In this document: piece by piece, positions 1 to 9,023 of the stretch
How positions within the stretch are numbered: position 1 is the stretch's first letter
Layout: the number at the start of each line of letters is the position of its first letter
Source of the DNA: SAR324 cluster bacterium
GTDB lineage: Bacteria > SAR324 > NAC60-12
NCBI GenBank assembly: GCA_015231885.1
Contig: JADGAT010000016.1
Span: forward strand, 660-64,659
Direction of reading: 5' to 3'
Length of the DNA: 64,000 nt
Notes under the pieces: model-generated
The model's database searches: none
Told to the model about the DNA's origin: nothing
Seen by the model: the letters and a program-made list of their open reading frames with translations, nothing else
Position numbers and translations under genes: made by a program

Positions 1-94
1 TGTAATCCAAAAATAGTTTAACCGTTTTTCAAGGCAGGCATTGTCATGAGGCCTGCCTTTTCCTCACCTCATATACTGATCGAAAAGGAAAAAC

Positions 95-2038
95 GTGTAC
101 GAAAAACTTAAAAGGCCCGAACAAATCGTTTTTGATATTCTTGCTGTATTCCTGGTGCTTTTCTATGTATTTTCTGCTGTTATCCAGCCAATGGCAACCC
201 AATACCATCGTGGAATCTACGTGATTGTCACCTATGTCCTGGTATTTTTACTGTACCAATCTCGAACAAAATTGATGAGAATTGTAGATTATATTCTGAT
301 TCTACTTTCCATCATTACGATTGGATACTGGATTTTTAATTTTCAAGCCATCAATTACCGTACAGGGGCTGAAACCCCTCTGGACATGGGAATTGCCATC
401 ATAGGGGTTTTGATTGGAATTGAACTGGCTCGCAGAGTAGTGGGCAACATCTTTGTGGTCATTGGAGTCCTGATGCTGCTTTATGGGGTTTATGGAGAAT
501 TTTTCCCGGATTTGGTTTCTCATGCCGGAGCATCGTTTCCCGAACTCTGCACAAGTATCTTTTATAAAAGTGACGGAGTCTTTGGAATCATGGCCAACGT
601 GCTGGCAACCTATGTCCTTTTATTTGTATTGTTTGGCGCATTCCTGGAAAAGTGCGGCGCACAAAAGTTTTTTATAGATTGGCCTCTGGCCGCAGTTGGG
701 CATAAAATTGGCGGACCAGGAAAAGTATCGGTTATTGCCAGCGGCCTGTTCGGATCTATTTCCGGTAGTGCCATCGCAAACACGGTTTCCACCGGAGCAT
801 TTACCATTCCGATGATGAAAAAAGCCGGGTTCAAACCCCATATTGCCGGAGGAATCGAACCAGCAGCCTCTATTGGAGGAATGTTCATGCCTCCCATCAT
901 GGGTGCTGGAGGCTTCATCATGGCAGAACTGACAGGAGTCCCTTATTCTTATATCATGCTGGTCGCTATTTTTCCTGCCATTATGTATTTTTTCAGCGTC
1001 TATGTGATGGTGCATTATGAAGCCAAGAAAAATAACATCGTGGGGCCAAAATCCCAAACACCAGCCATGGAAATTCTCAAAGAAGAATGGCTCTATATCA
1101 TGCCCCTGGTTATCATCACCATCTTGATGCTATCAGGTTATTCACCAGGCTATTCTGCCGTATTAGGATTGGCAACCTGTATTGCATGCAGCTTTAAAGA
1201 AAGAGATACCCGTATCGATCCGACCCTGGCCATTGTGATGGTTTTCTTTCTGGTTGGCGCATTTGTTACGTTTCTCTTTGGATCAGCCGCCTCATCAGAA
1301 ATCATCAATAAAAAGACGTTGAACAGCATTGTTTCCATTTTATCAGCCAATAATATCTTAATTTTCGGACTACTGGGAGCACTTGCCTTCACCTGGTTTC
1401 GGAAAGGTTCCCGTGAAGATACAAGATTTGAACTGAATGGATTTCTGGGAGCCGCGCGTGCTGGTGCGGAAAGCAGTTTAAAAATTGGAGCCACCGTAGG
1501 CGTGATTGGCATCATCATTGGAGTGCTCACCTTCAGCGGCCTGGTCCTGACCTTTGCAGATATTGTCATTGAACTGGCCGGAGGATCGTTGTTCATGACC
1601 ATCTTACTGATCGCCCTGGCATCCCTGGTGCTGGGCATGGGAGTACCCGTCACGGCTGCTTACCTGATTACAGCTGTTGTGGCAGTACCCGCTCTGACCC
1701 ATTTGGGCGTCAATGAAATTGCAGCGCACATGATCGTCTACTGGCTTTCTCAGGATTCCAATATAACGCCGCCTGTCTGTATTGCGGCCTTTGCCGGGGC
1801 CACCATTGCCGGGGCCAACATGTGGAAAACCGCCTTTTCGGCTTTCAAGTTCGCAAAATTTCTCTATCTGAGCCCATTTCTTTTTGGTTACGTCCCTGGT
1901 TATTCATTGGATGGCAGCCCAACAGACATTATCATCACATTTGTTCTCATCATCGTTGGAACCTATGCCTACTCCTGGTTCCTCAGCGGAATATGGCTCA
2001 ATTATCTCACGAAGAAAGCTCCCTCAGGTGCAGCATAA
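95..2038 (+). CDS. TRAP-type transporter fused permease (DctQ-like 4TM + DctM-like 12TM membrane protein)
   Basis: 647-aa ORF. Highly hydrophobic multi-TM sequence with Gly/Ala-rich motifs typical of the DctM large permease. GTG start with AAGGAA upstream. Confidence 0.7.
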   Translation: MYEKLKRPEQIVFDILAVFLVLFYVFSAVIQPMATQYHRGIYVIVTYVLVFLLYQSRTKLMRIVDYILILLSIITIGYWIFNFQAINYRTGAETPLDMGIAIIGVLIGIELARRVVGNIFVVIGVLMLLYGVYGEFFPDLVSHAGASFPELCTSIFYKSDGVFGIMANVLATYVLLFVLFGAFLEKCGAQKFFIDWPLAAVGHKIGGPGKVSVIASGLFGSISGSAIANTVSTGAFTIPMMKKAGFKPHIAGGIEPAASIGGMFMPPIMGAGGFIMAELTGVPYSYIMLVAIFPAIMYFFSVYVMVHYEAKKNNIVGPKSQTPAMEILKEEWLYIMPLVIITILMLSGYSPGYSAVLGLATCIACSFKERDTRIDPTLAIVMVFFLVGAFVTFLFGSAASSEIINKKTLNSIVSILSANNILIFGLLGALAFTWFRKGSREDTRFELNGFLGAARAGAESSLKIGATVGVIGIIIGVLTFSGLVLTFADIVIELAGGSLFMTILLIALASLVLGMGVPVTAAYLITAVVAVPALTHLGVNEIAAHMIVYWLSQDSNITPPVCIAAFAGATIAGANMWKTAFSAFKFAKFLYLSPFLFGYVPGYSLDGSPTDIIITFVLIIVGTYAYSWFLSGIWLNYLTKKAPSGAA

Positions 2039-2041
2039 TCA

Positions 2042-3013
2042 TTGGTCAAATCCCTTTCTTCTCCTAGAAAGGGATTTGCAATCAACATGACAATTCTCCA
2101 TGCGTTGATTCCAATCTTTGTCATTATCCTGTTTGGGTATGGGCTCAAAGCGAGCGGATTTCCTGGAGATGATTTTTGGGAACCGGCCAAGCGAATCACC
2201 TACTACATTCTTTTTCCCTCCTTATTGTTTCACAACCTGAGCACCGCACAACTCGGCGATTACCCGCTTTTTCAGATGAGTATGGCTGTCGGTGGAGCCA
2301 TTCTAATTCTTACTGCCCTGGTTTTATTTTTAAAAGAAAAAATTGGAGCCGACAACCCCAGTTTCACCTCCATTATTCAAGGCAGCATCCGAATGAATAC
2401 CTACCTGGGAATCTCTGCGGCCGCTTCTCTTTTCGGTCAGGAGGGCATCACCCTGGCGGCACTCAATCTTGCGATTATCATTCCACTGGTCAATGTAGTC
2501 TGTGTTGCCGTACTCACTCATTATACCGAGGATCAATCGCCAAAAAGCCCTGTTCAGAGCATCCTGCAAACTTCACGGTCCTTGTTGACCAACCCGTTGA
2601 TCCTTGCCTGTTCAGCAGGAATTCTATTCAATGCCCTTGACATGTCACTTCCTGTTTCTCTTCATGAAATCTTCAAAATTCTTGGCCGTGCGTCCTTACC
2701 TCTGGGATTATTAGCCGTGGGCTCTGGTTTGAACTTTAGCTCCATGCATTCAACCAAACGCTTGGTATTACTGACCAGCTCTTTCAAATTATTGTGTCTG
2801 CCTGCTATCACGACAATGACTTGTCTGCTGCTAGGTATCGAAGGAAAAACATTGGCTGTTGCTATTTTATTTTCTGCTCTGCCTGCCTCCCCATCTTCAT
2901 ATATCCTGGCACACCAGATGGGAGGCAATCAGCAATTGATGGCCAGCATCCTGACCGTAGAAATTGCCCTTTCGGCACTAAGCCTTTCTGTTATCCTAAG
3001 TATGCTCGTTTAA
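2042..3013 (+). CDS. AEC-family (auxin efflux carrier / malate-permease-like) membrane transporter
   Basis: 323-aa hydrophobic ORF with about 10 predicted TM segments. The N-terminus 'ILHALIPIFVIILFGY' is typical of this family. The real start may be the internal Met at 2087. Confidence 0.6.
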   Translation: MVKSLSSPRKGFAINMTILHALIPIFVIILFGYGLKASGFPGDDFWEPAKRITYYILFPSLLFHNLSTAQLGDYPLFQMSMAVGGAILILTALVLFLKEKIGADNPSFTSIIQGSIRMNTYLGISAAASLFGQEGITLAALNLAIIIPLVNVVCVAVLTHYTEDQSPKSPVQSILQTSRSLLTNPLILACSAGILFNALDMSLPVSLHEIFKILGRASLPLGLLAVGSGLNFSSMHSTKRLVLLTSSFKLLCLPAITTMTCLLLGIEGKTLAVAILFSALPASPSSYILAHQMGGNQQLMASILTVEIALSALSLSVILSMLV

Positions 3014-3472
3014 TCACCACTTTGTATAAGGATGACTGATCAGGTTGGCATTGAAATACCGTGCATCTTCGGTCACTTCTTCTCCAACCCACTCAGGTCT
3101 GAAAAACTCCTGCTCCTCACTTTGCAATTCGATTTCTGCCACCAGCAATCCTTCATTCTCTCCAAAGAACTCATCGACCTCCCATAGCATATTGTCATGT
3201 TCAACCTCATACCGTTTTTTTTCAATCAAAGGTTTTTCGCAAAGATCCAGCAGCTGTGCGGCCTCTTCAAAAGGGATTTCATATTCGAATTCTATCCGGC
3301 TCGCACCCTGGCTCAATCCTTTAATCGTCAAAGTACCTTTATCATTGACCGTGCGTACCCTCACTGTCCTTTCTTTTACTGTACTCAAATAGCCCTGACG
3401 GTATTCTATTCCTTTCACAGAGCGCCATCCGTTCCCTATTACTAAAAACTTACGTTCAATTTCCATTCCCAT
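3014..3472 (-). CDS. CYTH-domain protein (CyaB / thiamine-triphosphatase-like)
   Basis: N-terminal 'EIERKFLV' signature of the CYTH fold. 152 aa. Confidence 0.7.
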   Translation of the reverse strand: MGMEIERKFLVIGNGWRSVKGIEYRQGYLSTVKERTVRVRTVNDKGTLTIKGLSQGASRIEFEYEIPFEEAAQLLDLCEKPLIEKKRYEVEHDNMLWEVDEFFGENEGLLVAEIELQSEEQEFFRPEWVGEEVTEDARYFNANLISHPYTKW

Positions 3473-3685
3473 ACAAACTCTTTATTTTCAAATATTTACA
3501 GAATTTTATCACAGAGGATACTATAGCACACTCAAATTTTGCTTCAATGAATTTCTAAACGAACCAGCCCTCACCAGCCCTAGTCAAAATACAGGAAAAA
3601 TTTCTTTCAAACAGAGTGTTTTCACTATCAATTCAAACTATAAATATAAATTAAACATTTTTTAAAAATATATGCTGTATTTCTT

Positions 3686-3714
3686 TTGACAATGGCGATA
3701 GAATCACGTACAAA
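3686..3714 (+). promoter_or_regulatory. Candidate sigma70-type promoter for the decarboxylase operon
   Basis: TTGACA at 3686-3691, a 17-nt spacer, then TACAAA at 3709-3714, lying in the AT-rich region upstream of the 3759 start. AGGAGA RBS precedes the ATG. Confidence 0.25.
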
Positions 3715-3758
3715 AAATCGATCAGTTTATTGCGACATTTATTCAGGAGAAATATATA

Positions 3759-5312
3759 ATGCCGATTAAAAAAGAATTAACCGATAAATTAAAAGAGCAG
3801 CGAAAAAAAGCCCTGGCAGCTGGTGGACAAGATAAAATTGACAAGCGTCATGAAAAAGGACAGCTGACTGCAAGAGAGCGAGTGGAGCGGCTCATAGACC
3901 CGAATACTTTCCAGGAACAGGGTCTCCATGTAGAGCATGATTGTCATGAATTCGGTATGGAAAGCAAGTTTCTGGCAGGAGACGGAGTGATTACTGGAAT
4001 GGGGCACGTTGATGGACGTCCCGTATCCGTTGCCAGTCAAGATTTCACCGTTGGTGGTGGTACCTTAGGAACCAAGCATGCCCAAAAAATAGCGCGAGCT
4101 ATGGACAATGCCGGAGACCTGGGAACTCCATTGGTTGCTATTAACGATTCTGGTGGAGCCAGAATTCAGGAAGGGGTGAGTTCTCTTTCCGGATATGGAC
4201 AGGTTTTTTATCGAAATGTATACCTTTCGGGCCTGGTTCCGCAAATTGCGATCATTGCAGGACCCTGTGCCGGAGGAGCAGCCTATTCCCCTGCCTTGAC
4301 GGACTTCTTGATCATGACAAAAACTGGTGCCAGTATGTTCATCTGCGGGCCCGAGGTCATCCGTGCGGCCACCGGAGAGCAAGTCACCATGGAAGAGATT
4401 GGAAGCGCCACGGCCCATGCAACCGTCAGTGGAAACATCCATTTTGTGGCAGAAGATGATGATCATGCCATCGCCATTACTAAAAAGCTTTTGAGTTTCC
4501 TCCCGTCTAACAACATGCAGGACCCTCCTCATCATCTTAATGAGGAAATTGCACTGACCAGTGATAAATCAATCAATGATATTCTCCCTGAAGATCCCAG
4601 ACGCCCATTTGATACTAAAAAAGTGATTGAAAAAATCGTGGACAATGGTGACTTTTTGGAAGTCCAGGAATTTTGGGCAAAAAACATCATCGTTTGTTTT
4701 GGCCGCATTGATGGAATCGTGGTTGGATTCATCTGCAATCAGTCAAGTTTTAAAGCCGGAGCCATTGATATTGATGCATCCGATAAGGCAGCGCGTTTTA
4801 TTCGTTTCTGTAATGCATTCAATATTCCCATCGTCAACCTGGTGGATGTTCCCGGTTTCATGCCTGGAAAACAACAGGAAGCCGGCGGTATCATTCGTCA
4901 TGGGGCAAAGATGCTCTCTGCTTATTCCTCTGCAACAGTGCCAAAAATAACCCTGATCATGCGCAAAGCTTATGGCGGTGCTTATTTGGCAATGTGCAGC
5001 AGTGACCTTGGTGCTGATCGGGTATATGCCTGGCCAACTGCTGAAATTGCAGTAATGGGTGCAGAAGGTGCCGTGAACATTCTCTACGGCAAAGAATTGA
5101 AGAGTGCTGAGAATGCAGACGCACAACGAGCCAAGTACCAGGAGGAGTATCGCGAACGCTTTGCCTCTCCTTATCAGGCTGCTCGTCTTGGATTGATAAC
5201 CGATGTGTTTGAGCCTTCAGAAACCAAGAGAGTGCTTTCATTAGCCTTGCACAATCTTCTCAGCAAGCGTATTAGTCGTCCGCCCAAAAAACATGGTCTG
5301 ATTCCTATGTAA
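3759..5312 (+). CDS. mmdA: Acyl-CoA carboxyltransferase subunit of a Na+-translocating decarboxylase (methylmalonyl-CoA decarboxylase alpha-like)
   Basis: 517 aa. Propionyl-CoA carboxylase beta / methylmalonyl-CoA carboxyltransferase-type sequence. First gene of an operon that also encodes a membrane anchor, a biotin carrier and a beta pump subunit. Confidence 0.8.
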   Translation: MPIKKELTDKLKEQRKKALAAGGQDKIDKRHEKGQLTARERVERLIDPNTFQEQGLHVEHDCHEFGMESKFLAGDGVITGMGHVDGRPVSVASQDFTVGGGTLGTKHAQKIARAMDNAGDLGTPLVAINDSGGARIQEGVSSLSGYGQVFYRNVYLSGLVPQIAIIAGPCAGGAAYSPALTDFLIMTKTGASMFICGPEVIRAATGEQVTMEEIGSATAHATVSGNIHFVAEDDDHAIAITKKLLSFLPSNNMQDPPHHLNEEIALTSDKSINDILPEDPRRPFDTKKVIEKIVDNGDFLEVQEFWAKNIIVCFGRIDGIVVGFICNQSSFKAGAIDIDASDKAARFIRFCNAFNIPIVNLVDVPGFMPGKQQEAGGIIRHGAKMLSAYSSATVPKITLIMRKAYGGAYLAMCSSDLGADRVYAWPTAEIAVMGAEGAVNILYGKELKSAENADAQRAKYQEEYRERFASPYQAARLGLITDVFEPSETKRVLSLALHNLLSKRISRPPKKHGLIPM

Positions 5313-5396
5313 TTGAATTTTAAAAACCGGGAGGATTCATCTTTCGCATCAAAATGCAGAATTGATATTCCTCCACCTATATGGATTGATCCAGCT

Positions 5397-5822
5397 ATGA
5401 TTTGGAAACGAACAGTTAGAATATTATTTTTTTTAGTAATGGTCCTTCTCTGGGGAGCCGCAAATTCATACGCAGCCTCTGAGTTATTCATCGTCCCGGT
5501 TGTTGGTTTAGCAACCGTTTTAGCGACCTTGGTTTTATTGTATATTCTTTGTGCTTTGGTTGGTCGTTATTTCATCAATCAGGACAAAGCAGCAGCGGCA
5601 AAAGCAGCCCCTGCTCCTGTCGCCACAGCTGCTCCTGCCGCAGAGACTAAGAAGACAGAATCGTTGGATGGCGTTTCTCCAGAATTAATTGCCATTCTCT
5701 CTGCAGCCGCAGAGTCCGTATTGAGAAAACCCGTAGCAATTGTCCGAGTCTCAGCAGCCCGCGATCATTGGTGGGCAGTACAGGGCCGTCAGGCACATCA
5801 TCATTCGCGTAAAACAAGATAA
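5397..5822 (+). CDS. Small membrane-anchor subunit of the decarboxylase (OadG/MmdD-like)
   Basis: Single N-terminal TM helix followed by an Ala/Pro-rich linker, as in OadG/MmdD. Start set at the internal Met (MIWKRTV...), since the frame at 5313 overlaps the end of mmdA. Confidence 0.5.
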   Translation: MIWKRTVRILFFLVMVLLWGAANSYAASELFIVPVVGLATVLATLVLLYILCALVGRYFINQDKAAAAKAAPAPVATAAPAAETKKTESLDGVSPELIAILSAAAESVLRKPVAIVRVSAARDHWWAVQGRQAHHHSRKTR

Positions 5823-5852
5823 TCCGCAATCATTTGAAATTGGAAATGCATT

Positions 5853-6251
5853 ATGAAAAAATTACGAATCACTGTAGAAGATAAAGAGTACGAAGTAACT
5901 GTCGAAGTTTTAGAAGACGATGAGAGTTATTATCAGCCGATGCCTCAAGCGGCTGCGGGGGCTGCTCCTGCAGCCCGTTCTGCACAAGTAGACGCACCGC
6001 CAGTATCCGCACCGAAGCCTGCCGCACCCAAAGCCGCCGCAGGAGACCTTCCCAGTCCTTTAGCAGGAAATGTCTTTAAAGTTTTGGTAAAACCTGGAGA
6101 CAGCTTTACAGCAGGACAAGACCTGATCATTTTGGAAGCAATGAAGATGGAAACCAGTATTTCTGCTCCCAGTGATGGTACTGTCGCTGCAGTTCATGTC
6201 AAAGAAGGCGATACCGTACAAGAAGGACAAGCGTTAATATCAATATCTTAA
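5853..6251 (+). CDS. mmdC: Biotin carboxyl carrier subunit (biotinyl domain)
   Basis: Ala/Pro-rich linker followed by a lipoyl/biotinyl domain carrying the biotinylation motif EAMKME. 132 aa. Confidence 0.8.
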   Translation: MKKLRITVEDKEYEVTVEVLEDDESYYQPMPQAAAGAAPAARSAQVDAPPVSAPKPAAPKAAAGDLPSPLAGNVFKVLVKPGDSFTAGQDLIILEAMKMETSISAPSDGTVAAVHVKEGDTVQEGQALISIS

Positions 6252-6254
6252 GGA

Positions 6255-7376
6255 TTGAAACTTATGGACGTAATTCTCGAATTTACAGCACTCGGACATG
6301 TCACGTGGAAAATGCTGGTGATGTGGGTTGTCTGCATGTTAATGTTCTATTTGGCAATACACAAAGGCTTTGAGCCCATGCTTCTGATTCCTATAGGTTT
6401 TGGAGCATTACTGGCAAATCTTCCCACCGAAGGAATACTGCATGTTCCTGGAGGGCACGGACTGTATGATATTATTACAAAAGGGATCGAATTCGAACTG
6501 TTCCCTCCTTTGATCTTTTTAGGAGTGGGGGCGCTGACAGACTTCGGACCATTGATTGCCAACCCGCGTACGCTGCTTTTAGGTGCAGCGGCACAGGTGG
6601 GAGTCTTTGCAACTTTTTTCACAGCAGTATTGCTTGGATTTTCTTCACAAGAAGGTGCTGCTATTGGAATCATTGGAGGAGCCGATGGGCCTACCTCTAT
6701 CTTCCTTGCTAATAAGCTTGCTCCTCATCTCGTTGGGGCTATCGCAGTAGCTGCTTATTCTTATATGGCGCTGGTACCGCTCATCCAACCCCCTATCATG
6801 TATGCGCTGACCACCCAGAAGGAACGTTTGATTCGCATGAAGTCACTGCGTAAAGTAACAAAGCTAGAGCGTATCATCTTTTGTTTGATGGTGATGGTTA
6901 TCTGTATCTTGATCATTCCATCAGCTTCTCCTCTGATTGCCATGCTGATGCTGGGCAACTTACTGAGAGAAAGCGGGGTTGTCGAGAGACTCAACAAAGC
7001 ATCTCAAAATGAAATCATCAATATCGTGACTATCTTTTTAGGAACGAGTGTGGGCATCACAATGAGTGGTGACAGTTTTCTAAAGGCGGAGACATTGATG
7101 ATTCTAGGTATGGGAATTGTTGCATTCGGACTTTCTACGGCTGGCGGTGTGCTAATGGCAAAAGCAATGAATATGTTGAGCCCAAAAAACCCGATCAATC
7201 CTCTGATTGGTTCTGCTGGAGTATCTGCGGTTCCAATGGCAGCCAGGGTTTCTCAGGTTGTTGGTCAAAAAGAGGATCAAGGCAATTTTTTGCTGATGCA
7301 TGCCATGGGTCCTAATGTGGCAGGTGTGATTGGAACAGCCGTTTGTGCAGGCTATTTCATTGCACACTTCAGATAA
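6255..7376 (+). CDS. mmdB: Na+-transporting decarboxylase beta subunit (OadB/MmdB/GcdB family)
   Basis: 373-aa polytopic membrane protein. Sequence typical of the OadB beta-subunit family. Lies immediately downstream of the biotin carrier gene. Confidence 0.85.
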   Translation: MKLMDVILEFTALGHVTWKMLVMWVVCMLMFYLAIHKGFEPMLLIPIGFGALLANLPTEGILHVPGGHGLYDIITKGIEFELFPPLIFLGVGALTDFGPLIANPRTLLLGAAAQVGVFATFFTAVLLGFSSQEGAAIGIIGGADGPTSIFLANKLAPHLVGAIAVAAYSYMALVPLIQPPIMYALTTQKERLIRMKSLRKVTKLERIIFCLMVMVICILIIPSASPLIAMLMLGNLLRESGVVERLNKASQNEIINIVTIFLGTSVGITMSGDSFLKAETLMILGMGIVAFGLSTAGGVLMAKAMNMLSPKNPINPLIGSAGVSAVPMAARVSQVVGQKEDQGNFLLMHAMGPNVAGVIGTAVCAGYFIAHFR

Positions 7377-7423
7377 AAATTTTGGTAGTGGTTAATTGAG
7401 AGATGCGTTTCTTCTGGAATTAC

Positions 7424-7580
7424 CTACACATAGGCCTTCCAGAAATCGCTGAAGGAACAGCACCGTTTATACTCATCAGGGATCTTGTCCCATAAGTGAG
7501 AGCAAGTTTTTTCACTCCGATCACCAATAGCAAAAGCCTCGATCTGTTTCAACTCTGGGAGGTTTTGGACTTTTTTATCC
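7424..7580 (-). pseudogene. Possible fragment of an IS1-family transposase (InsB-like); degraded remnant
   Basis: A 52-aa ORF (MDKKVQNLPELKQIEAFAIGDRSEKTCSHLWDKIPDEYKRCCSFSDFWKAYV) loosely resembles the InsB core (EQWGYVG...W......TDGWPLY). All three minus-strand frames stay open across 7735-7940, as expected for a frameshifted remnant. Confidence 0.2.
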
Positions 7581-7943
7581 ATTCGGTAAATTTTGGTCCT
7601 TGGTTTGGCCTCTAAAAATAGAGTATATTTTCACGAATATATACATGCATCAATCCGTGAATTCCTTTGATATGCCAGAAGGTCCAAGACTCGACGGGTA
7701 CCTTCTGGATATCGAATCGTTGATAAGACTCATTTCATACTCCCTCAAAATAGTCCTTCACCAGCTGCACAATTAATGCTTCCATTTCCGCCTTCTCCAT
7801 CGCTGAGTAGTGTGAAGTCCTCTGTTCTGCGAAGAACTCGCTTGATGGCACGAATGGCTCTCTTAAAAAGTTTGCGATCCTTACGTCCGCAGCCAAGTTC
7901 CCAAATGAAACGAGAGGCTCGATCCATTTCCAACCATCTGGGT

Positions 7944-8843
7944 TCACAGTAAATAATAAAGGATAGGGAGGGTTCCAAAGCTCAAAACGATTCCCAAGCC
8001 TACCAGGGCTGCCGTCAGGGCTGGGGATAAGCCTGCCAGGATTGCCAGTGCTCCGGCAGATACCATTGGAGGCATACCCGCTTCGAAGATGGAAACATCC
8101 ACAACTTTTCCTTCCAAACCAATAGCTCTGCACAAAATGAGTGCTGTCAGAGGAGCAATCATCAGTTTGAACACTAGACCGATGGCAAGGGGGGCTTTTG
8201 TTTCACTGCTCAAACGAAGAGTCAGTTGATAACCAACGGCAATCATGACAACTGGAACCAGCGTTGAACCTAACGCTTCAAGAAGACTGCTCACCACCGC
8301 AGGGTATTCAAAAGGTTTGAGTATGAAAGCAGACAGTAAGGCAATAAAAGGAGGAAAGGTGATGATTTTCTGCACAACACTTGTTACTGTGGGTTTACTG
8401 TCTTGTGTCCCATAAAAGGCAATGACGAGGGAGCCATAGGTAGCCAGTGCGAGGAAAGACCCTAGTTGATCATAGAGTACCGCATAGGGAGTGACCTCTT
8501 CTCCAAAAAATGCCCGAACCATCGGAATTCCTAGAAAAGAAGTGTTTCCAAGAGGGACCACAAGTAGCAGGCATCCGGTGATGTGCCGGTCCCATTTTAA
8601 AATTTTTGACAACAAGAGAACACCAGCACAAGAGAACACCAGCATCACCCAGGGCATGACGGCAGGAACCAGTATTTCCGTGGAAACGGGGAGCCGCGGG
8701 ATGGTCCGTAAAATCACAGCAGGCAAAGAGATATAGATGACAAACAAATTCAGGGAGTTTCCCGTCTCACTAGGAAATTGTGGAATTCTCCGGATGGCAA
8801 TGCCTATCAAAAGATACGCAAGGATGATGATGAAATTCTCCAT
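7944..8843 (-). CDS. AEC-family (malate permease / auxin-efflux-carrier-like) transporter
   Basis: 299-aa hydrophobic protein. It is a second, divergent AEC paralog flanking the decarboxylase operon. Confidence 0.65.
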   Translation of the reverse strand: MENFIIILAYLLIGIAIRRIPQFPSETGNSLNLFVIYISLPAVILRTIPRLPVSTEILVPAVMPWVMLVFSCAGVLLLSKILKWDRHITGCLLLVVPLGNTSFLGIPMVRAFFGEEVTPYAVLYDQLGSFLALATYGSLVIAFYGTQDSKPTVTSVVQKIITFPPFIALLSAFILKPFEYPAVVSSLLEALGSTLVPVVMIAVGYQLTLRLSSETKAPLAIGLVFKLMIAPLTALILCRAIGLEGKVVDVSIFEAGMPPMVSAGALAILAGLSPALTAALVGLGIVLSFGTLPILYYLL

Positions 8844-9023
8844 GAAATGAATCCAGTTGATCGATGATTGAAGGTGCTTCTGCAGACTAGAAAACTATTC
8901 GTATACCACAATTGAATGATCAGGGTAAAGCCTCTTCACCATATAAAATCATTGAACCAATTGTGAGTATAACGCATCCTACATTTAATACAGGATATAT
9001 CAACTATACTTCTTTGTTAGGGA

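Noticed and set aside
302-1653. Several 70-170-aa minus-strand ORFs inside the TRAP permease gene (for example 620-1057 and 1150-1653)
   Set aside because: Antisense shadow ORFs within a well-supported long membrane-protein gene. Compositionally biased (His/Arg/Pro-rich).
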